A stretch of DNA of 45,618 nucleotides from Octopus bimaculoides. Its lineage: Eukaryota. The notes under the pieces are model-generated. The model made no database searches and was not told the origin of the DNA. It saw nothing but the letters and a program-made list of their open reading frames with translations. Below are positions 37,598-45,618 of this stretch, piece after piece. The position numbers and the translations under genes were made by a program. Each line of letters begins with the position of its first letter. Within the stretch, counting starts at the first letter, position 1. The stretch spans positions 29,503,569 through 29,549,186 of the forward strand of contig NC_068989.1 of assembly GCF_001194135.2 (NCBI RefSeq), in the 5' to 3' direction.

Positions 37598-38539
37598 CTG
37601 CTTTTGAGGAGGAGGCTACCTCTGTACCCTCCTAGGATTTACATAATAATTACTAATATTTTGTAACCTGAACACTGAAAAACAGGAAAATAATGTGAAC
37701 AGAATTTAATAAATATATACACACATAACTTGAAGCAAATTTTTAAAGGTAGAAAAAATAAATGATGTATCACTGATAAAATCAATAAAGTTCATAAAAT
37801 TATGTGAAGTATAAATTGGTTAGCATGCCTAATTAATAACTACTTCTACCTTATTACAAGTGCAATTATTTTTTTTATATAAGCATGCATCAAGACAACA
37901 TTGCAAATAATGCAGCTAATTAAGAAAAGAATATAGCATTAAATCCTATAGAACAAATTCAGTCTATTGAGAAAACATTGCAACAGAAAATAATGTTCTT
38001 TGAAGAATATTTGAATTAGCTAACAGTGGTGTTTGATACAGTAGAATAATTTACAAACATTATGTTACTGTTGGTTAAAGTACTTTACTTTTCATATCAA
38101 TGTAATTTCATTCATGGAGAATTTGAAATGATCATCATTCTTTCAAGCATTGACCTTATGAGTTTCTTTTTAGACTTGTAAAATGAGTTGATATTGGAAT
38201 GTACAAAACTCAAAGTATCAAAATCCAAAGAATTAAAATATATCATGAAAAGGTGAAAAAACAATGTAAGTATTGCAAGAAAAATATAAATGCACTAGTT
38301 CAGTTTTATACTTCAGATTATACTTCAACTCAAGAGAAATACTGACAAAGCATACGCAAGCAGCTACCATGAGACATTATTTTGTAAGCAAGATATCAAA
38401 ACTTTATCAAAATCAGTAACTGACAAGTTTTAAACTATAACTAATGAAACTTTTCTGAAAGATGAAAAATTCTTTTGTTTTGCACTATTCAAAACCAAGG
38501 AAGAACAAGATCAAGAGCAATCCTGAATTTAGGAGGAAG

Positions 38540-39110
38540 ATTACTGGGCAGATTTATGGGAACTGGAACCTTTGCATATCTCCTTTCTGCCAAGAGCAGT
38601 GTATGATATGCTGGGGTATGAGGAAAAACCAGCTGTGCAAGCATTGTGGGGACAGGAGCACCATAACATCCTCTCAAGGTATCAGACAGCACTCAAACCA
38701 AGAGAGATATACCGTGGCAAGATACTAATAACACTCAACTAACACCCGAGAAGAGAAGAGATGCAAGGAACACCAAATACCATCAATCAATTTCATGATG
38801 TCAGCTATAGCCAGATCAATAAATTATTTATTATAAAAGCATTATTGTGGGATATGAGGGTAGGTAGTTGCCCTAGGTCAGCCAAACAACCCTTAAAGCC
38901 AAATGTAGTTTTGTGGTCTGAAGAGGTGAAAAGATCTTGAAGCTTTTGAATTGAAGAGAGCAAATATCAGAACATATTGCAAAATTGTAAAGAGAAAGGC
39001 CGATAGGTAACATTATTCCCAGTTGAGGTAGAGTGGAAGACAGCTGCTTGCAGGATAGAGGCAGTAGCAGAAAGACCCTCTTACAGCTTATGGAGCAACA
39101 GAGAGGAGCT
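38540..39110 (+). mobile_element. Degenerate C-terminus of a restriction-like-endonuclease LINE (HERO/NeSL/R2 superclade)
   Basis: Across frameshifts: WADLWELEPLHISFLPRAVYDML, LCKHCG (CxxC), HNILS, ERYTVAR (RYxWRH-like), LKPNVVLWS (PD to PN), AFELK, KYQNILQNCKEKG, FPVEV, AERPSYSLW. Confidence 0.65.
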
Positions 39111-40916
39111 AAGCTGTGAGTTAGGAGATGACAATGATAAGATCATTACTGGTGATTCATGAATGAGGCATTAAAATTCAGGATAAAAACAACCAGTGAA
39201 TTTCAGACACTCTGACAATATCTTCTGGTCAAGGTTGCATTAGCAAATATATAAGCTTAAAATATCTCATCACTGTAAATAAGTGCTACTAATTCCCCAA
39301 TAAGAATGATTTTTTTTTATTTATATGACATTTAAATTTACTTTTAGTTTGGTAAGAATCAATCTCAAGGCCATTTTTTATTTATGCTTAGATGGATGAA
39401 ATTCATTTAATTTCTTAATGATTTCTTTCCATAAATAAGAGGTCAATTATATGTAGAGGTGTGGGGGAATAAAATTGATTCGATTCATACAGGGATTATT
39501 TCTGGTATTTATTTTATTAACTATACCATAATTGAACTAACACAGTTAAGAACTGTAAAGTAAGGTATTACAAAATTTCAAAGCTGGCTCTGCACTGTTA
39601 TAAAACTCTTATGTGTATCAACTGCCAACAGCTATAACAAACTCTCAAGCCAACATAGGAGCCACTACATAGTCACTCGACCTGGTAGGATTTGCAGCCA
39701 AATCTCCCTTGTCAACCAACTGAACAAAGAACACATTGGTAGTTCAAAGTACTTTATGTCTGATTGAAAAGACAGGCTGTTCATAGTTGAAATGATAATA
39801 AACTGGTGCTAAATTATTACTATTGATAACTCACATAGGTGTTAATTAAAGGTTTTTTTTTTTGCTAAACAATAACAAAACAACTTTGTGGTGAGTGCTT
39901 TATCACTTCTACTTAGTGAATATCTAACTGAACATTATTTTGGGGATGAAATTTTTCAAGAAACTGATCGACTAAAGGTCTAAAAGGCTATCTTCATCTT
40001 TAAACATGTAATGTGAGTTCAAAATCCTTCTAGGACTGACTTCAGTTTTTATCTTCCTGTATCAATAAGTACATAACCTAATTTACCCCAGTACAGGCTA
40101 ACCCCTTTTCACAATTTGTGGCCTTGTGTTAATGTAAGACACCATAATTATTGTTCTTGTGACAGTGGTGAATAGTGCAATCAGTTGTGATATTTAAAAT
40201 ACCTTATAGCATTTAGTCTATACATTAATGTTCTGAGTTCAGTTAGATATTGGGGGTTGAATGTATAGTACACATTGATAGAAGAGGCAAAGTACTTCCC
40301 ATATAGAAAAGAAAGTAAAGCAATGCAACCAGGTTGATGTTTAGCCTCAAATATTTACAGTAAAAAAAAATGCTAATTTGTAATCAAGACATAGAATATG
40401 TAATAATTGTTTCCAATTCAAGCACAAGTTCAGCAATTTTGGGTGCTTCATTTGTACATTATTTTATTGACCCCAAAAAAGGATGAAAAGCAAGGTTGAC
40501 CCCAGTAGGATTTAAACACCGAATGTAAAGAGCCAGAAAAATATCAAGGGGAATTTTTTCCAAAGCTCTTAAGTTTCTGCTAGCTTACTATTCTTAGAAT
40601 GTGTAATAAATGAAATAAGCTTGTAATAGGAAAAATATGGGGATGGAGGACAAATTTAAAAATGAAGCTAATAGTAAGAACCAAAAGTTATATGAATCAC
40701 ATCTAAAATTGATCTATCTAAAAAGAAAACAAAAAAGAAAATAGTTTTAGTTAGGAGAAAGGAACAGTGCCCATGACCTTTGAAGAGTCTAAGGCTATAA
40801 AATAGCTTATATATAAATAAATAGTGGAAGAGAGCTTCAAGCAATTTGATAAAACAAAATTAAGATCTAGAGGTGGAAGTAAAAAAATGGACTAGTGTAA
40901 GATGTAGCATACATAC

Positions 40917-41006
40917 TGTTGTCATGCAATGTGTTGCTCAGGTTACTTTTGTTGCCAATTAGGGACTCCATGGAGCCAGCACGAACCAGCACTCCCTGCT
41001 TACCAC
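40917..41006 (-). CDS. PARD3: Probable PARD3 coding exon (90 nt, symmetric phase 1)
   Basis: Acceptor gacatttcAG|gt and donor aaca|GTatgt. Encodes GKQGVLVRAGSMESLIGNKSNLSNTLHDN, in phase with the 32247 acceptor; the RxxS motif sits where vertebrate PARD3 has KSKSMDL. Confidence 0.6.
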
Positions 41007-41904
41007 CTGAAATGTCATTTGTAATACAGTGCATGCATGTGGTAAAGTGAAGGAAAAGGCAGCAATTGTAGTATAAAGAAATCAATGAGAAGTAGTGTGC
41101 ATTATTAATATCTAACAAACAGCCATATCAAATAGAATTGAACAATCATAGAATAAGATTACAAACCATCTCTCTACATTTTTAACTACCTTTCAATCTA
41201 TTTATTAACATACATTCACAGATACACATGTCTCAATGCATGTGTGCATGTATGTTTATATATTTATATTCTTTAATTAGTGTCTGAAAACTGGGTTCAT
41301 TCAAATAACAGCCTAAATCTTCATCAGCTGAGACAATAAATAAAAGGAATCCAAATTTCTCACAGATAAACTAAAACTGAATGTAACATTGTATGTGTTT
41401 GTGTTTAATGATTTCAATGATTCTATCATAGTGTTATTTTTATGGAAGTTCATATTTAATGATGGGAGAATTATATTCATCTTAACTACAATATTAGTGG
41501 CTTATAACAACACAGGTATGAAACTGGCCAGAATTCAAATATAAATATGAAATCAGTTTTTATCTGTTTATCTTTTATATTGAAATCAGTTAAATGAATA
41601 AGTTAAATATTCTTTGAACCTTTGACTCATTGGAGGATCGGCAAAGATTTTATCTTTGTAAAGTGATTTAAAACAGAAAATACTGCAATGTATTTTCCAT
41701 CACTGAGATAAAATGCATTTAGCATTGCAAGCTTGCAAGATACTAATTATGAAGCACACTTGCTGAAGCTTAAGTCTACAGCCAGACGTATGGAAATGCT
41801 ACTGTGTTGATGAAAGGCATGAACTTTTAGCTAACAAACTGCTGAAAAAAGGTCGAGTAATCAGGTAATCTTTAAAGTAATATTTTCATATTAACAATTA
41901 TTAG

Positions 41905-42245
41905 TGTGAAAGTGCATGGCTTGGTGGGTTAGGGTATTCAGCTTACAATCATAAAGTTGTGAGTTCAATTCCTGGTGACAAGTTATGTCTTTGAGCAAGG
42001 CACTTTATTTCATGTTGTTCCAGTTCACTCAGCTGGTAAAAATGAGCAGTACCTATATTCAAAAGGGGCAACCTTGTCACAATTTGTGTTATGCTTAATC
42101 TCCCTGAGATTTATGCTAAGAGTGCACATGTCTGTGGAGTGCTCAGCCACTTGCATGTTAATTTCACTAGCAAGCTGTTCCATTGGTTGGATTAGCAGGA
42201 ACCCTTGTTGTCATAACTCATGGAGCACCAGTTATCAGTTATTAG
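41905..42245 (+). mobile_element. tRNA-derived SINE (third type), decayed
   Basis: A-box-like catggcttggtgggttag, B box gagttcaattcc, then body gtctttgagcaaggcactt...cagttcactcagctgg. Confidence 0.65.
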
Positions 42246-42924
42246 TAGTGAAACTAAAACTACATTTTTCAACTGATTAAAGCACTGTAAAGAAACTAAT
42301 AGTTAATTTAATGTAAATGAAATGGATATAGTCCATCTCTCTGGAATAAAACTAATATTTGTATTGAAAATTGCAAAAGAATTACATCTCTATTGATTTA
42401 AATATATCTTAGATAAAAAAGCTATACCAAGTTGTTTATATTCTTAAAATATGTATAAAACTGAGAATTCAAATTGTCTTTCATACTAATGACCATTATA
42501 ACAAATTTCAAAATGTGTGTGCATGTGTGTGAGAGAGACGGAGCGAGAGGGAGAGAGAGAGCAAGCAAGCGTGTGTGTTTGTGTTTGTATGTGTGCACAA
42601 ATTCATATATCAATTTATTACGTATACCTAAAGATGCAGTGAAACCAAAAGCTCAAGTTTCTTTATCTCATTCTCAAAACAGCCCTGAATGCTAAATCAG
42701 ACCAATGATTATTGAACAAACTAAGTGACATGGCTGTTTGTTGTTAACACAAAACACTATTGAAAAAGTACTGCAAAGGTGAAAACATAAAAACAACAGG
42801 AAATAAGCTAAAATTCAAATTAAAAATGGTTTAGGTAGGATATAACAGAAAACTCTCGTCTATGCTTTTTGATATTGTCACAATGTTAGCTAGTCTATTT
42901 GTGCTGTCAACACTTCTTACTTAC

Positions 42925-43041
42925 AGAGCTGATGAAGTCTTATCAAATCTTTACTATAACCATGAAGAAACAAATCATGGATTTTGATAGAAGACTTGGA
43001 TATTGCTCGGCAAATAGAGCAGCTATAAGGACAACAGATTA
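42925..43041 (-). CDS. Candidate cassette exon (117 nt, symmetric phase 1) in a PARD3 intron
   Basis: Strong splice signals ttattttactttccAG| and |GTAAGT. Only the phase-1 frame is open (ICCPYSCSICRAISKSSIKIHDLFLHGYSKDLIRLHQL). No homology recognised. Confidence 0.3.
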
Positions 43042-43162
43042 CTGGAAAGTAAAATAAATTATCATTTGTAAAATAAATTATTATTTGATACTTCAAAATG
43101 CATAATACAATTCTGACATGAGGTATTTGCATCATGTATACTGTTTATATTAGTCAGACTGG

Positions 43163-43432
43163 TGTCCTCATCTTGACTATTACTTTCACCACATTTTGGC
43201 TGTTGTACACTCTAGCCTTCTTCAGGTGTCTTGTGTTGAACTCAGCTGTTGTATCAGAATTTTGAACCTACCCCATTATTTGATCCACAGGGGTATACTG
43301 TCCTCATTCCACTCTATGTTTTGTGACTTTTTTGCTTCAGTTGTTTTTTGTGAATTACCTTGGTGCTTTGCTTGGGATTGAACTCAGAACTTCTGGGTGA
43401 CTTCATTACCCAACTTCTGTATCTACTATGCT
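43163..43432 (-). mobile_element. Older, diverged copy of the hammerhead-bearing tRNA-headed repeat
   Basis: gtcctcatcttg...ttttggctgttgtacactctagccttcttcaggtgtctt aligns with 44109-44174; B-box-like gagttcaatccc on minus near 43377-43388. Confidence 0.55.
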
Positions 43433-44129
43433 ATTTCTGTAGGCAGTGACAGTGAATTTTTAAGACTTATAAACTTAAAGTCTAAATAATCTATTGTGGC
43501 AATCTGCTTTTTTATTTCTTGATTATTGGTGCCATATTGTATTCATCTTTGCACTTGGCCTGCTCAAAAGGTTGTTATGTTCTAGTGTATATGCTGTTTC
43601 TTTAAGTTTTCTAAGTTCCTTGTGGCGTTCTCTATCATTTTGACCTCATGACACAGTTTGTGTGAAATAAACAGTACTCAAAATGCATTTCAGTAATTTC
43701 TTTTTTTAACATGAAGTTTCCTCATAATTCTGTCAATTTTAGGTAAATGATCAAACCAACTTTCAGTATATAATTGTTAATTATTTTATCTACTATAGGA
43801 AACGAATATTTAAATTTGAACCAGTGAAACTTGAACGTAAAACCAAGGTGCCAAACAGGTTATAGTAAAACAAATGTTTACAAAAGTCCCCTCACCCTAT
43901 CAATAAAATTGGGAATACAGGAGCATAAAAAGAAATCAAAAGAAGTTTACATTTAACATAACACTTTGTTTTTTTATTATTTCAGTGGAATAAAAATGTC
44001 ATGAAATTCTTATTTTAATGTAAAACTCTAGATTTCCTATTGAAATTAAGCTGTCTTATTTCAATAATATTTCTTAATTGCATTATTATTTACATTTGAC
44101 GGATATTTGTCCTCATCTTGTTTGTTGTT

Positions 44130-44172
44130 AACACGTTTCGGTTGATATACCCTCCAGCCTTCATCAGGTGTC
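44130..44172 (-). ncRNA. Minimal type I hammerhead-ribozyme-like motif (left arm; cleavage triplet deleted)
   Basis: Minus strand GACAC-CTGATGA-A-GGCTG-gagggtatat-CAACC-GAAA-C-GTGTT: conserved core, stem II 4/5 paired, stem I GACAC/GTGTT, no NUH triplet between GAAAC and stem I. Confidence 0.55.
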
Positions 44173-44387
44173 TTGGGGAAATTTCGAACCTGGGTTCTCA
44201 TTCCTAAGGTATTTTTCGATGTTATTATTATTATTCAGGTCATTGCCTGGAATTGAAGTTGGAATCTTGGGGTTAGTAGCCCGCGCTCTTAACCATTACA
44301 CCATATGTGGTTAAGAGCGCAGGCTACTAACCCCAAGATTCCGACTCCAATTCCAGGCATGAGAACCAAGGTTTGAAATTTCCCCAA

Positions 44388-44433
44388 GACACCTGATGAA
44401 GGCTGGAGGGTATATCAACCGAAACATTGTATT
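44388..44433 (+). ncRNA. Minimal type I hammerhead-ribozyme-like motif (right arm)
   Basis: GACAC-CTGATGA-A-GGCTG-gagggtatat-CAACC-GAAA-C-ATT-GTATT. Core boxes intact, loopless helix III, triplet AUU, one mismatch each in stems I and II. Confidence 0.6.
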
Positions 44434-45523
44434 AACAACAAACAAGATGAGGACAAATATGTCAAATGTAAATAATGTACATAATTCCTCATCTCTTTAT
44501 TGTATTATTTATTTATTTTTTAAAATATATCATAAAATAATTTTATAAGATGAAATGAAATTGATTCCACCTCCAGCCTTTGTTTAACTAGAGATAGAAA
44601 CTAAGGAAAATTTTAACAGTGTTTCTTAGATTCTTTAACTTTCTAAATTGATACAATAAATTAGTGCCATGATGTGTACTTGATTTCTACTAAAGTCAAA
44701 AATTCAAGTTTCATAGTCTAAAGTTAGACACTTTGAATGAATTAACCAAATTATTGAAATTGAGGCTAATACTGAAATTTGGGAACATTAACAGCTTTGG
44801 TTATCATTAACTAGAGAAGACTAAATGTGATACTTTGGGGATAAAGATGTAAATAAACAGAATTCAAAGAATTAAAAATGTGAATAATTTTATTTTCATT
44901 TCAGTTAACTACTGTAAAAATCCATGTAATTTACGCACTTTTTTTTGCAAAAATAAAACTAAACTTTAGGGGCTGCATAAATTACATGAGTAGATTGATT
45001 TTAGAATTTTTTCCTTCAAAAAGATGTACAAAACGTAAACATTCATACTGGAATTTGACTCATTTAATGGGTTTAAATATAATGAAGTTGACTTTTATTT
45101 ATGCTGGACAGTATAATGCTTACTTTTTCTGTATTAATTCATTAAAAACATTAAATAGTTAACAATTTTTTGAAGTTTGATGTACATGCTGGTAATCATG
45201 GCTTGGGCCATATTTTACTCAGCTGAGTAAAGTGTCATCCAAGCTGATATTTATTGGTAATTAAACTTAATTTGCAACACCTGTGCATATTTATCAGCTT
45301 TGTTTTGTTGATAATTCTTAACAACTCTTCATGTGTATACACGTCTTTGAGTGTATGTGAGAGAGAAAGGGAAGCACACATGTATATATACATATATATT
45401 GAAAAAAGTTTTAAAATTTTATTATATCTTCATTTTCATATTAACACTTTCATTCGTCTTTTGAACTTGCCAAATACAATTCTGTGAATATACAGATATC
45501 TTGCTTATTTATATAAAACAGGT

Positions 45524-45618
45524 GGAGGTGCAATGGCCCAGTGGTTAGGGCAGCGGACTCGCGGTCGTAGGATCGCGGTTTTGATTCCCAGACCAGACGT
45601 TGTGAGTGTTTATTGAGC
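45524..45618 (+). mobile_element. tRNA-derived SINE head, running off the window end
   Basis: CpG-rich ggaggtgcaatggcccagtggttagggcagcgg (A box)...ggttttgattccc (B-box-like); no tRNA acceptor stem. Confidence 0.75.

Larger units (their letters stand above)
44085..44476. mobile_element. Head-to-head inverted pair of a tRNA-headed SINE-like element (392-bp palindrome)
   Basis: Arms 44085-44295 and 44308-44476 are reverse complements around a 12-nt spacer. The right arm lacks about 44 nt (left-arm 44201-44244). Head GGTGTAATGGTTAAGAGCGCGGG-CTACTAA-CCC. Confidence 0.9.

Noticed and set aside
44240-44360. tRNA-Ser(ACT)-like gene
   Set aside because: No acceptor stem and degenerate B boxes; it is the head of a repeat.
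45524-45600. tRNA gene
   Set aside because: A/B boxes only, no cloverleaf; SINE head.
41010-45618. PARD3 aPKC-binding CR3 motif or PDZ domains
   Set aside because: Searched by eye and not found; they probably lie beyond the window end.
1-45618. CRISPR array or prokaryotic operon
   Set aside because: No regular repeat-spacer array; the sequence has spliceosomal introns and animal TEs.

Overview
AT-rich, intron-rich animal genomic DNA. The tRNA-derived SINEs and RTE tails look like ones I associate with octopus/cephalopods (inference from memory, not a database hit). Two host genes converge tail-to-tail. On the + strand are the last two coding exons of GRHPR (2329-2499, 3522-4117). On the - strand are the 3' exons of PARD3/Bazooka, which splice into one continuous frame with canonical GT-AG sites (41006-40917 probable, 32247-32035, 25427-25247, 24887-24750, 21786-21537, 20047-19938, 19233-18792); the last two are absent from the ORF track. 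The rest is mostly decayed mobile DNA: hAT (Buster-like, hATm-like), Ty3/Gypsy, RTE LINEs, Tc1, mariner, Chapaev, a REL-endonuclease LINE and several SINE families. The most unusual signal is a tRNA-headed repeat carrying a minimal hammerhead-ribozyme-like motif, present as a 392-bp head-to-head palindrome (44085-44476) plus an older copy (about 43163-43432). All motif copies here are mutated, so activity is untested. TE boundaries are approximate unless TIRs or TSDs are quoted.
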